Below, piece by piece: positions 23,159 to 35,379 of a DNA stretch of 64,000 bases. Below the pieces are notes generated by a model that ran no database searches, was not told the DNA's origin, and saw only the letters and a list, made by a program, of their open reading frames with translations. How positions within the stretch are numbered: position 1 is the first letter of the stretch; every line of letters begins with the position of its first letter. This DNA comes from Selaginella moellendorffii (lineage: Eukaryota > Plantae > Lycopodiophyta): assembly GCF_000143415.4 (NCBI RefSeq), contig NW_003314334.1, positions 575,614-639,613 of the forward strand, read 5' to 3'. The position numbers were made by a program, and so were the translations under genes.

Positions 23159-24035
23159 TCGCAAAAACGAGCTTCTTTCCTTCTTGTTTTGCTTAAGCTT
23201 GTATAGAACTTCTACCTTCGAATTTGGCCTCTATTTTGTGGTCAGAGCTTAGAATCGGTATACACTGATAGTATCCTAGAATTTAAAATTTAAGCAAATC
23301 AAGGTAGCGATATCCAAATCGGTCTATAAGCTGTCAAAAGTGAAGAATATACTAAGAATAATTAATCACCTTTCACAAAATAGGATCCACGTGGACGGAT
23401 AAAGCGAATACGTGGAGCTCCACCTCACTTCACTAGGCGCACCTTTTCATAGCCGAGGAGAGTTTGCCGCTCGCGAGTGAAGGAAGAGGAAAAAAGAGTT
23501 CCACCATTTCTGGAAGAGATGGTGAGAGCACGAAGAAGCAAGCCTCCGGCGATGCGAAGGAGGCGAAAGAGATCGAAACAAAAGGTCTCCATAGCATCAC
23601 ATTTTCACGCAAAAGCAAAGAACTTCCATTCATTCGCCTGAGGAAAAAGAAAACAAAGAGAGAAAGGATGAAGTTTACAGAAACTTTGCTCTACAGAGAC
23701 CAGGAAGAAGAAAGCACCGACGAAGGTATCGACGCGGAAGGAAATCAAACCAAACCGAGGCTCAAGACAACACGAACCTGGAGAACTTGGCAGCGTCGTC
23801 TCCGCCGAGATCACCCAGCAACGCTGCGTCGGTGCAGTTGCCAGTAGCAGCGAACCATCCGAGCAGCACGGAGCTTCACCACCACCGAGAAATGCGTGAT
23901 GAACGCGACGACCGCGATGAAGATGAGGAGCTCCATCACCACCAGCATCAGCTAAAGCAGCGAGACCAAGGCAGCGAGGGACACGGTCCGGAGACCAAGG
24001 AGCACAACATCAGCGCGATCAACAACGACCAGCAA

Positions 24036-24392
24036 CAGCTGCACGGATGAAACAAAGAACCAATCACATCGAGCAACAAAAGATTAAAAAATAGCTTTCC
24101 ACAGACCTTGAGCTCGTGCCTGTTTCTGCTCGGTTCAGTTTTCCAGTAGCATTGCCTGTACATAAGTAAGCTTGTTCTTCGCGATCGAAGAACTATAATA
24201 TGCACAGCAATTATCTCGAGAAAGGAAAGCTGCGTTTCAGCTGCACGGATGAAACAAAGCACCATCAGATCGAGAACAAAAATAAAGAGAATCTATCTTA
24301 GACCTTAAGTTCGTGCCTGTTGCTGCTCGGTTCAGTTTTCCAGTAGCATTGCCTGCACATAAGTAAGCTTGATCTTCGCGATCGAAGAACTA
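24036..24392 (+). repeat. Tandem ~200-bp duplication
   Basis: CAGCTGCACGGATGAAACAAAG...GCTCGGTTCAGTTTTCCAGTAGCATTGCCTG...CTTCGCGATCGAAGAACTA occurs at ~24036-24196 and ~24238-24392. Confidence 0.9.
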
Positions 24393-24758
24393 CACAACAA
24401 TCTTTCACTAGCCAGGATGAGAGAACAAAAAAGAGCTGCTTTTAAGTGAAAAAAAAAAAGCTGTGCTGTTCCCAGTTCAGGCAAACACCACCTACAAATA
24501 AGCTGCCGCATAGGAAAAGAAACTGCGGAATTCACACTACCATAATCAAAGTGTACTAACCTTTACATTCCAAAATCATCATATAAACCACCCGAACTTC
24601 GACCGTGTACCTTCGCTTGGGAATAACTTAGCTTGATGTTAGAGAAAAGAAAAGGCACGGCTGATTCGTTGAAAAGCTCCAACACCCTGCGAGATCATTT
24701 GGGAGTAAGAACCACGATTTTAAAAAGCATGAGCTGAATCACTAACCACTTTCGTGGA

Positions 24759-27605
24759 TCACAGGATGCGATCGGCGTACGACGGGAGCCTCCGGAAGAA
24801 GTTCATAGGTACCGGAGGCACGCGGTTGCGGAATCGAGGATGTCGAAGAGCGTAAATCCCCAGCAGCACCGCCACGACTCGGAGTGGGATCACGTACAGC
24901 AGAATAGCAGCGACGAGGCAGAAGGTGATGAAGATAGCCGTCGCACGAGGGTCTCTCCAGCTGAGGAGCGCGTTCAGTCGCTCTCCCTGCGACGCTAAGT
25001 CCCCAAGAACCGACTGGATCCTGCTAGCTACCATCCGGAGGCGTTCGTAGCGGTGCTTGACGATGTCAGGACTCTTGGACGTCGGGAAAGTGTCAAACTC
25101 TTCGTCGAGCTCGTCGTGCTCCACATGCTCGGCCTGAGAGAGCCTGGCATCCATGTAAGGTGGAGCACGCGGACGGAAGCGGTAGTGCCAGGCTCCAATG
25201 AGGAACATGTAGAGGAAAAGCGTTGGCAGGATCAGCTCCGGGTACCAGACCAGGATCAGGAACAGTATGTGAACGAGTACGGTTGTCAGCGGATTTTTCC
25301 ACTGGCAGATGTCGGAGAACCACTTGGTCACGGCGATCGCACCGGATAAAACTCCAAGCATTCTGTAGTAGTTCACCTTGCTCCTCCTCATGCTCCACAT
25401 GTTGGAGTCCGTATCCAGCATGTAGTGCACCACCTCCTGGCGAAGAGGAGGCTCCGATCGAGCGAGTCTCAACGAGACGATCCGGATAGCAATGTTCCTC
25501 AGCTGTTCCAGCTCGATCACTCCAAGCGGATGCAGGTAGTGCATCTTGGGAAGTGGTGGCGTGAAGTAGATGTGCATCATGTTGAGGACGGAGGTGCAAG
25601 AGAACCGCACCGCGAGCTCCAGCTCGCCAGTCTTCTTCACTCCACTTCTCTGGAGGACGAGAAGTGGATACGAGTTTGTGTAGACACGGTCGCTCTCGAG
25701 TGTGGACACGCGGATTCTGACTTTTCCAATCGGGTTATCTCTGCCACTGCTAACTTTCTCGCCAGGCTCGTCCTTGGTGTGGCAATTGTCGAACACCCCG
25801 ATCGTCAGGACTGTGCAGGGATCGTGGACTTCCCAAGTATACTGCTCGTGCCAACGAGGACTGAAGGAGTCCATGCACGTCCTCGTCCTCACCCATTTCT
25901 GGCCGTACTTTGCAACGCAGTAAGCATCGGTGGTGCTCCTCCCGTCTCGGCTTTTCATTGGAACCAGGTTCTTCGCGCTCAGGATTCCAATCTCCAGGAC
26001 GCCCATGCTGGCCTTCCAGAGCTGCTTCGCAGTGGGACGAGTGTCGCTGATATGGTGAGTGGACTCGTCCATGACGTGATATCCTCCATCGAAGCAAACC
26101 CGCAAATGCAGGCGTCCGCGAAACGGTTTCTCTCCATTCTTTTCAAGGTTGAACCAGCGGGTGTTCACGAGCCTGTGGTCGATTCGGCGGTCAACTTCCT
26201 TCAGCGGTATCTTCACCACGCCGAGAACTTCTTCCTTGTTCCCGCCAACTCTGTCCTCGACGGTCAAAACCAGGTGCTCCTCGAACGGCTCGGCTGCTAC
26301 GAACACCATGTCCTGATTCCAAAACGGACTGTTGGTTCTGTTTGCCGATACTTTCGTCTTGTACACCTGAGTCCCTCCGAGTTGGACTCTCACGCTGACT
26401 TCAGGCAGACGATTCTTCTCCGACGGTATCAGGTCCTGTGCTTCGATCACGTTTACGCGTAAATACCACAGCTTTGGCGACATGTACACTTTCGCCTTGT
26501 TGTGGTAGTGACCGCCAGAGTCGGATTGCCAAGCCTCAGAGAACGCTTCATCTGCCTGAGTACCCCACCAGACAGCCAGCATTATCTCACCCCTCACGTG
26601 CACGTCACCCTTCCTTCCTGGCTCGAGCTTATACCACTGAGGCGCGAGAGGACTCTCCGGCGGCACACGCTTGGATATCTCGGTCAGGTCGAACTGCACG
26701 AATCCTAGAAAGTCGTCCTTGCTCACTTTGTCAGCGTCCCAAACCGTGATCTCCACTGTCGGCCCCTGGATTTTGTCCTTGCCGAATGCAAAGACTTGGT
26801 TCCACACCGGGTTGACGCTCCTCTTCCGGATCTCTGTCTTCGCCGGGTAGCCTTCGCCAACCTTCACCTTGACGTATGGATCACTGCTGCCGCCGAGGTC
26901 TTTGGCAACCAGGTCTCTGGCCTTCACCACGCGGACGTAAAGGTACTGCATCTTCTCCACCAGGTCGTGCGAGATGTGCTTCTCACCGACATGTCCGAGC
27001 ACCGGGGACGTGTCCTTGAGAGCGAAGTCCCCAGGCGGCAGCATTGTTGTCGGAGCAACCATCTTTTTTCCCTGCCCGTGATCGTCCTTGATCTTTTCTT
27101 CCTTCTTCAGAATAATTCCGTGGTCGTGATCCTTGAGCTTCTCGTGGTGATGGTCCTTCACCTTCTCGTGGTCCTTCACATGAGCCTTCATCGACATCCC
27201 GGAAGACTCGTCCACGTAGTAGACCTTGATCCGCAACTCTCCCTTCACAGTCGACCACAAGTTCTTCTTCTCCAGCGGATGATGAGTGATCGCCTCTTCG
27301 CCGTGCTTCACGAAGCTGCTACCTGGGATTCGAACCTTGCCGAGGAAGCCATCCTTTCCAGAGCTAGCATTCTTCTTCTCCGTATGGACCCAGATATCCA
27401 AGCTGTCCATTCCCATGTTGATAGGATCCGAGACCGGGAATTCAAACTTCTCATTCCAGACGGGATTGAGGTCCTTGACCTTCACCTTCGTCTTCCTCCT
27501 CTGTCCATCGAAGTCGATGATGCAGTACGGATTTGCCGAGCCTTGTCCATCCTTGGGCATCAAATTGTGGGCGCTGAGAATCTCTACGTAAAGCTTTCTC
27601 CCCAT
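24759..27605 (-). CDS. MCTP: Multiple C2-domain and transmembrane protein (MCTP; FTIP/QUIRKY family), intronless
   Basis: 948-aa ORF with four C2 domains (LMPKDGQGSANPY, DLVEKMQYLYVRVVKA, SPKLWYLRVNVIEAQDL, TTDAYCVAKYGQKWVRTRT) and PRT_C (ELDEEFDTFPTS...LLSWRDPRAT...NFFRRLP). Confidence 0.97.
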   Translation of the reverse strand: MGRKLYVEILSAHNLMPKDGQGSANPYCIIDFDGQRRKTKVKVKDLNPVWNEKFEFPVSDPINMGMDSLDIWVHTEKKNASSGKDGFLGKVRIPGSSFVKHGEEAITHHPLEKKNLWSTVKGELRIKVYYVDESSGMSMKAHVKDHEKVKDHHHEKLKDHDHGIILKKEEKIKDDHGQGKKMVAPTTMLPPGDFALKDTSPVLGHVGEKHISHDLVEKMQYLYVRVVKARDLVAKDLGGSSDPYVKVKVGEGYPAKTEIRKRSVNPVWNQVFAFGKDKIQGPTVEITVWDADKVSKDDFLGFVQFDLTEISKRVPPESPLAPQWYKLEPGRKGDVHVRGEIMLAVWWGTQADEAFSEAWQSDSGGHYHNKAKVYMSPKLWYLRVNVIEAQDLIPSEKNRLPEVSVRVQLGGTQVYKTKVSANRTNSPFWNQDMVFVAAEPFEEHLVLTVEDRVGGNKEEVLGVVKIPLKEVDRRIDHRLVNTRWFNLEKNGEKPFRGRLHLRVCFDGGYHVMDESTHHISDTRPTAKQLWKASMGVLEIGILSAKNLVPMKSRDGRSTTDAYCVAKYGQKWVRTRTCMDSFSPRWHEQYTWEVHDPCTVLTIGVFDNCHTKDEPGEKVSSGRDNPIGKVRIRVSTLESDRVYTNSYPLLVLQRSGVKKTGELELAVRFSCTSVLNMMHIYFTPPLPKMHYLHPLGVIELEQLRNIAIRIVSLRLARSEPPLRQEVVHYMLDTDSNMWSMRRSKVNYYRMLGVLSGAIAVTKWFSDICQWKNPLTTVLVHILFLILVWYPELILPTLFLYMFLIGAWHYRFRPRAPPYMDARLSQAEHVEHDELDEEFDTFPTSKSPDIVKHRYERLRMVASRIQSVLGDLASQGERLNALLSWRDPRATAIFITFCLVAAILLYVIPLRVVAVLLGIYALRHPRFRNRVPPVPMNFFRRLPSYADRIL

Positions 27606-30319
27606 CTGAGCTACGCTATCTGATGATCAGCTCTAACCTGCGAGCACTAAGAAAAAATCAGTCCCGACCGTAGCATAGCTACATTCGATTCACGCTTACC
27701 TGAAGAACGAGCAGAGCCCTTGGAAATGAAATAGAGACGCGTGGTTACATAGAGATACACCAGCTGCGACGAAGGAACAAGAGTTAGCGATGCCGCGCAA
27801 AAAACGAAAAACATAACAATCGTTCGCTCCTACTTCTGGGCAAGCGCACGTCACACGAGCACACCAACAGGAAGAAAAGAAAGGAAAAAAACAAAGCGCT
27901 GCGCTGATTATTTCCTCACAGACACGGGGAGAACAGTACACTGACAGACAAGCTACAACGGCGTTTGGAAACCCTCGTCAATCTCACGGGCGCATCGAAA
28001 TTTCGGCGATAGACCGGATCAAGCAGGGCATTTTCTGACCAGGAAACACGGACATCGACCCCTCACATCGCTGGCGTCGACCAGAGATTTCTTCATACCT
28101 GGCGCTCGCGCTGGAAGAATGAGGCGGCGGCGGCTCGCGCTTGCACAGCGCCACGGCCCGATCGATTCTAGCGCCTCGGTACCGCGAGTAGCGAATCCCT
28201 AGAAGCCGCAGAGCTCCGGAGCAATGCAGGGGGATTCCTTGCTTCGCGAAACCTACAAACAAAACGCGAAGAACACCTCGAGCAAAAGGGACGGGGTCCC
28301 AGGAAGAGGGGGGAGATTTTACTTTTACCCCTTACGCAGAGCAAGGGTAAAAAGGGACGGACGCCGGCCGGCCGGTGACTAGACGGTAAATACCGCGTGA
28401 TTTGACAGGAGGTGGATTTCAAGAATCTCAAATTTTTACCGTTAATGTGCCCCCGTCCCCCACTGGTAAATTTTGAAAATTCTCCTCGGGCCACATAATT
28501 ACCACAAGCTGGCTATTTTACGTACGCCACAAACTAAAATCCCGCTAGATTTGCCGCAATAATTCATTCTTACCACTCTGTAAGAACCCGCACCAGTTAC
28601 GGTGGTAAATCTAGCGGTGAAACATTGGGCGAAAACATCCGAGACGTTGATTTGGTGGCTATTCCCGCATCCAAGAAGCGGTGGTTTATACTGGCCATTC
28701 CGGCGTAGAATGCCGGGGGGCTGACACAATGCCGCGTGTCACAAACTTAAAAAATTAAATAATTCTAGGGCTAGTGAATCGGACAAACACAACATTAGAC
28801 CCCATGTATGACCTGTCCCTAAAGCTTTGCGCTAGGCGCAAAAAATCGTATACTTGTCTCACTTCCATGGAGGATGATTTTTTAACTTTTTAACTTGGTC
28901 CCACGTAACGGGCACATTCTGCCGTACCCCCTAAAGATACCAGTACGGAATTAGACAATGGTTTTGTTTAATCGAGAAATAGTTTTCTCTCTTAAAGAGC
29001 TTGGACCCCACTGCGAGCGAGCGAGGAGGCGGCAGCCTTTCACTAGCGCAAGTCAAATCCCTTTCGTGGATTCTTTCGCGATGTGGCAACAGCAACGAGT
29101 TTCTCTCGATCGAAATCCTATCCTCCTCTTTTGTTTTGTAGCTCAAAGCCCAGTGATGGATCAAACTAGCGGGAGAATAGCTTTTGTCGGCACGGAACTT
29201 TGATCCACAGTGAACAACACACACTGTGGCAGAACTTGGAGAAGACGAGAGCGAAAACCTTTCACGCTGGTCCTGCTCGAAGTGGGAAAGCTTTAAAAAC
29301 ACAAGACGAACAAACAAAAGAGACATGAACGAACCGACAATGGCGATAGCTTGTTTGGAACCGCCTCTTTGACGCTTTACGACTCGATCTGGGAGTTAAA
29401 AGCAAGAGACAAACTTGAGGTGCGAGCAAGCAGAGAAAAAAAAACACTACCTTTTCTGAGCAATGAGTCAGATAGTCGGTGGTGGCGAACAAAACTCAAG
29501 TTTCTTCCAATCGCCACGAGTTTCACACTACGGAAACATTGATCCTGACAAAATGCTGCAACAATGACGTTCCCAAAGACGAAAAATCATCTTTTTAAGC
29601 CCAGGGATTTCCAGACATACCGTTCGAAACTTTAGAAGGCAGTAGCATGGCCACCACGATGAACTCCAGTGATAAAATGATAAACTTGTTTCCTCTTAAA
29701 GGCCATAATAGAAAAGCTTCACTTCTCGTGTCAGTGCTATCTCTCCGGCCTTCTTTCCGGCTTGAGAAAACACAAGTCCTGCGAGCTGCAAAGTTCCAGG
29801 CTCCAGAGGCCAGAAAAGAATAAGCAAAACTTGTAACAATGAGAGATATGAGAAACTATTACCGGTCAAAATCAGCGTGCCGAGACAAACGAAGACAAGC
29901 TAAACGTCCATCCATCCATCCAGATTGCCGGAAAAACGAGTAAGATAACTTCACAGTATCTGTTCCACTTCTGTCCAGTAAACAGCAATAGACAAATCGA
30001 GTTAAGAACACGGATTCGCTGAAACGAGAGAAGAAAGTAAAAAACAAAACAAAAACAAGACCTCTGTTGTGTCAGCGACAAGGTCGATGTCTGTGCGAAG
30101 AAAAGATTCGTCCGCTGCAATTGAGTCACCGGGAATTGGTTAGACAATTCCAAAAGCTTTTAAACTTATCTTCCAGAGATGTCGCTCTCCGCATATGAGT
30201 GATGGAATCACTCTGAGCATTCAGAACTAAAAAGCTGAAACCCGGACTTTCCACAAGAACAAAGAACGAGTTCCCAGTGCAAAAAAAATAATCTTACTTT
30301 TCTTTGGTGCTTTTTCCAG

Positions 30320-31258
30320 CTAGTCCTGCTTTGCTTCCAGTTTCTCACCGGAAGAGACTTTAGCTTTGAAAGCAATGTCCAAGTTAAAGGTAGCGATGGA
30401 GCACAGAACGGCGAGCGAAAACATTGGTAGAAGATGAATGCTCGGGTCCGTCTTTCCTGCCGTGTAAACATACCAGAGAACTACGAGCGTACCTGCGGGG
30501 CTCAAGAAAGTGATCCCGAAAGCACTGAGGAATGCTCCGAGAAGGCAAGAAAAACAGCCAGCGACGAAGACGAGCCCCAGAGGATCGCTGCTCTGTTTTG
30601 GTTTGCGTTTGAAGTCCCGGAGAAGATTTTTCCAGTCCGGGAGTGAGAAGCCATCGTTAGAATCTCCGAGGACAACTTCGGCCTTGACGAGGAACGCGCT
30701 TGGATAGAGGAGAGCTTTCACGGCTATGTCGCTGGCGAGCTTCTTGGAGTAAAGAAAATCCGCTACCACTTCCACGGGGCTGGAGCATGAGCCTTTGGAG
30801 CATGGAACACTGAAAACGTTGCAGCAGTTTAGCGAAAACTATAGGGAAAACGAGGAAAATCTAAACGCATCTATCAGCCAGACATGGCGGAGATTTCTAG
30901 TGCTTAACAACGCGCAATATAAACGGAGAAAATGCACTGCAAAGTTATGATCCGGACAAAATCTCTAAACAGCTGACGATTCTACAAAGGCGAGGTTAAA
31001 AAACATCCAGCAGAAGACCAACAGTCATACAGATTAAATCTCGGCAACTGCCAAACAAGGAGAGCGAAAATTCACTAGATCTCTCACTCACGGTCATGGT
31101 AAACGAAAAACAAAATTTTGGGCAGCAAGAATGGAAGCAAAATCTCGCACGAAACTTGGCTTATCTTTTGACAATGCTTACTTGAAGAGCTGCAAGCCAA
31201 AGACGATGATGAGGAAGAAGAAGTTTGCTGCTCTAAACCTCCATCCTTCAAGCGCCAT
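30320..31258 (-). CDS. Small conserved plant membrane protein, 2 coding exons
   Basis: MALEGWRFRAANFFFLIIVFGLQLFN|VPCSKGSCSSPVEVVADFLY...VKALLYPSA... with several hydrophobic helices. Intron from a GTAAGC donor (~31181) to a TTTCAG acceptor (~30810). Confidence 0.7.
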
Positions 31259-31449
31259 GACCTTAGGTCTTCTTTCTACTGCTAAAACCCCAACTTTGAT
31301 AGGACGCGCCGTGCACACTTGACTGGGCCAGCGGTCACAATCTTCCGTACAATAAATTGTTCTTCCTCCAGGCTTTTAGAAACAAATATAAAAGGTTAAA
31401 GTAAAAGAAAATCCAATTTACTAGCAATTAACAAAAGATATCTGAAAAA

Positions 31450-34300
31450 AATGGCAAAATTTAATATATTGATCAATAAGCATTGTGACTCAAAACTTAT
31501 TAAACCTACAATCTTATATTATCCCATGAAAAAAAAGGGATGTCATCAAAGGAAACAATATAATTTAAAAACTTAACCAAACCTTTATGAAAATAATATT
31601 TTTCCAACATTACAAAAAATTCATGGTGTTGAAAGTGTTTGGAGAAAGTGAACATAATGGTTGTGCTTTTTTGAATTTTAAAGAAGATAAAATTGTTATC
31701 AAAATAAATGATAATAAATAAATCAAGAAACTACTTTAAACATCATTTGCTATATATAACAGGGGTGTATCTCCGTGTACTCAAAATAACAATAATAAAT
31801 ATGAAAATTCTTTTCCATTCATCACCCTCCCAATATGAGTGAAGTATAATCACCATAAATTATCTTAGTAAAAAATTAGACTTTAGGCTTTAATATCTCA
31901 AAGATTAATATAAGTGGGTATTAATTAGGAATGGTGACTTTGTTTAGGTTGTAATAGTCAACTATGAAGAAGCCTATCCTTTTTGGATACAAAGAAGAAA
32001 GAAGATATGTGTACTAATTAAAGACTAAAAATGCCCAACCAAAACCTTTTGAAAATTTATTTTCAATATGTCTAGTGATTTCCCTTTCACAAGATCAAGG
32101 GAATAATCATAATGTCAATATATTGGCAAGATGTCAACTCTCTTTTTATTGAAAACATCCTCGAAGTAAACATATTTGGAGGGAGAGTTAGAACTCATAT
32201 AAAGAAATATGAGAAATTTAGATTGGAATAAAAAAAAAATTGGAAAAAAGAGAGAATTATCCAATTAATATCATGCCACTTCCAAACATTATTAACTTCA
32301 CCACATCAAACCAAGGAAAACTAAAAATAATGAATACCTTTGGGATGAAAATAACATCAAAGGAGATGCAATCTTAAATATTGTTACTTCTACCAACTCT
32401 ATAATGAATTTGAAAGAGATTTATTGACTGTCCACCACATCAGCATATTTATTTTTGCCATTATTGTTGATGATAGGATTTGAACCTCAAACCTCTGCTT
32501 ATGAAATTTAAACTCAAGACATATCATGCACATCCACATATAAAAACATATAAAAGCATAGTTTTTTACTCTAATTACCTTGATATTAATTTTGAACAAC
32601 CCTATAAAAGCATGATCTTTTACTTAAAGTGTTATTTGAACACTTTGATATTCATGGCTTCCCTAGATCTTCTTCTTCAGCTCCAATGAAATCTTGATGT
32701 TCTATAGAAGTCATATTAAATGTTAGAGCAATCCAACACAAATCTTTATTTAAAGCTCTAATGGATTGTTCCAACTCCTTTTCTAACTATTTCATATGTG
32801 GTGGATAATTAATTGATACTTGTACTATAGTCAAACAATGAATTCCCTAGTTAAAACTAAGTCATATACTCCCTTTTTTTTTCCACTCTAAAGCAATCCT
32901 TACTCTTGATCCACTAAAACCATGATCATATGTAAACAAATCAAAAGCAAACTTTACTTCTAATGAGTAAACTTTACTCCTTAGTTTAGGCTAGAGTGAT
33001 CTTGAAGTTATCCATTCAAATACTACTAGACTTTTATTAGTTTTTATAATTTCTATTTTGGTTTAATATTTGATTATTTTATTTGACACCATATATAACA
33101 TTCTCAATTTTTTAAGGATTGAAGTTTGCTTTATCAAAGTGAGTGAATACATAATACAAGATGAAAATGGCAATTTCTTGGTAGGAAAACCCTTTAAGGC
33201 TATTTTTATTTTTATTTATCCTTAAAATTTTAAAGATCTATGGTGATAGTATATTTAATTTTAATTTTATAATATTACATTAATAAAAAAATTATCCTTT
33301 TTTCCAAGTCTTTTTTTTGTTTATTCAATCTAAATTTTCATATCTCTTTGATTGAGTTCCGAGGTTTTAATGCACCTGAATTTAAAGTTAAATTCCAAGC
33401 CTATTACACTACAAATAAAGGTTTAGTATACACTCAAAATCCTTTATAAACATTAATTCCTTATATCTATTTTTTTTTTAAATACTGTCAGATGGTGTTT
33501 AATACAATTTTGGCATAACATGAAGAGGTGGTTACCGAATAGCATGGAATTTAATTTGAATATTTATATAAACTAATGTTTTATAGTCATGCTTCTAACC
33601 ACTATCCTTACTATACATTTGGAATCCTTATGTTATTTTTCACTCTCAAAACTACATTTATACAAAGATTAATTATGATATTTCTAATAAGAAACTCTCT
33701 GCAATTATGGATTCTGTTAATATTTAATGTCATTTTCTTGAAAGTCCTCCCCACTTGCTGTTTACAATGATTATAATAAATTTCAATATTTCTTTTTAGC
33801 ACACATCCTCAAGTAGTTTTAAACTCAGTTATAACACTATCTTATTTATTTTGGATTTCCTCCACTAACATTGGATTAAATATATTATTTATATTAATTT
33901 AATAATAATTTATTGCATGTTGCATGAAGCAACACTTTGTTTGTAGTATCATCTTTATTTATTAATCCAATTGTTTAAATGGAAGTTTATAATTCTAAAC
34001 ATGTTTATAATTTACAAACATAAAATTAATCTTATTACACACACCATTAGAATAGAAAACATTATACTAAAAAGTGAATTTTATAAATTATAAACATATT
34101 TATATATAAATGCAAGATTAATCTAAATAAATAACAACCATTAGATGGTTGAATATCTTAGAATATCAAATATTCTAAGTATATTCACTATCCCATGGAT
34201 CCTTTTTTTAGGAGGCCAATTATTAAATTAGAAGCCCACCTATAGCTTCACCTAAAAAATTAAAACATTTATGATAATTTCATTTAAATTTTTAAAGATT
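31450..34300. mobile_element. AT-rich, CpG-depleted decayed repeat/transposon block
   Basis: Abrupt compositional shift, near absence of CG, no credible ORFs. Family not identifiable by eye. Confidence 0.45.
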
Positions 34301-34404
34301 CTAGATGGTTCATAAAGTCTTAGTTATTGTTAAACCTATATTGTTGTTGAATTTGAGTAGTATTTAAAGAAACTTTTATTTTGATGAGAAACAAATTAGT
34401 AACT

Positions 34405-34671
34405 ATGAAGCATATAATGTTTTTTGTTGTTCTCTTTTGTTTTCTGTTTGTTAGCAAAGCAAGAACTCCACCTCCTCCTGATTTTTGTAACAAGCTAATT
34501 AATGATTGTTCCAGCGGTTTCATTGGTACACCTTCAGCTACATGTTGTGCTTTGGCAAAGTCAAGTACAAGTCAAGCCATTTGCAAATGTGTTCCTTGCC
34601 AGTATAGATCTCTTGCTGGAAGCCTTGCTAACAAATGCTCTGGTGTTAATGTCACCTGTGCTGCTTGCTAA
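34405..34671 (+). CDS. nsLTP/prolamin-superfamily small secreted Cys-rich protein
   Basis: Signal peptide followed by a C-C-CC-CxC-C-C (8CM) scaffold with extra cysteines. An alternative ATG lies at 34384. Confidence 0.8.
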   Translation: MKHIMFFVVLFCFLFVSKARTPPPPDFCNKLINDCSSGFIGTPSATCCALAKSSTSQAICKCVPCQYRSLAGSLANKCSGVNVTCAAC

Positions 34672-34721
34672 AAATCATAAGCAAGTTAATCACTTCGAAT
34701 AAAAGGCATAAAACCACTGTG

Positions 34722-34840
34722 AGTATAGATCTCGTGTTGGAAGCCTTGCTAGCAAATGCTCTGGTGTTAATGTCACCTGTGCTGCTTGCTAAAAATCATA
34801 AGCAAGTTAATCACTTCGAATAAAAAGGCATAAAACCATT
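34722..34840 (+). repeat. Tandem duplication of the nsLTP 3' coding end and 3' UTR
   Basis: Near-identical to 34601-34720. Confidence 0.92.
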
Positions 34841-35072
34841 GTTTAACATATCTCTCATTCTTTGTAGTGCAGTTTATTTTAGAGATTCCAGAATTGCAAA
34901 ACCGTGAGCTTCAGAAACCAGGTTCGCTTATACATGGTCTCGCCCCCCTTCAAGAAATATAACAAGGATTTAAGTATGCTGTACCGATATGAGAGATGTC
35001 TGGTCACCTCCCCTTCAAGGGCGGGCTGTGTTTAGGTGGTTTTGAGCATGGGGAAAAAATTGACAATCAAGG

Positions 35073-35145
35073 CGACCTCACTGGGGATTGAACCCAGAAT
35101 CTCTGGTTCCGTAGACCAGCGCCTTATCTGTTCGGCCATGAGATC
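35073..35145 (-). tRNA. trnR-ACG: tRNA-Arg(ACG), possibly decaying
   Basis: GATCTCATGGCCGAACAGATAAGGCGCTGGTCTACGGAACCAGAGATTCTGGGTTCAATCCCCAGTGAGGTCG forms a cloverleaf with anticodon ACG. A T6 Pol III terminator follows at 35059-35054. Confidence 0.88.
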
Positions 35146-35379
35146 AACAGACAAAGTTCACAAACTTAACAACGTAAGAATTTCAAAGAATATCCTAGAG
35201 CACCGGAATAAACGAAGAAAAGTTGGAAAAGAAGTTCTCCAAAAAACCGGCGAGGCTGAGGAGAGTTACTCAATCTAGTAAGATCAAGGGCAGCATTGAT
35301 TTATTTCTTTCTTAAAGTTAGACCCCACGAAGGCAGCAGCAAGTCAAATTACTTCAACCGTTATTTCACGATGTGACGA

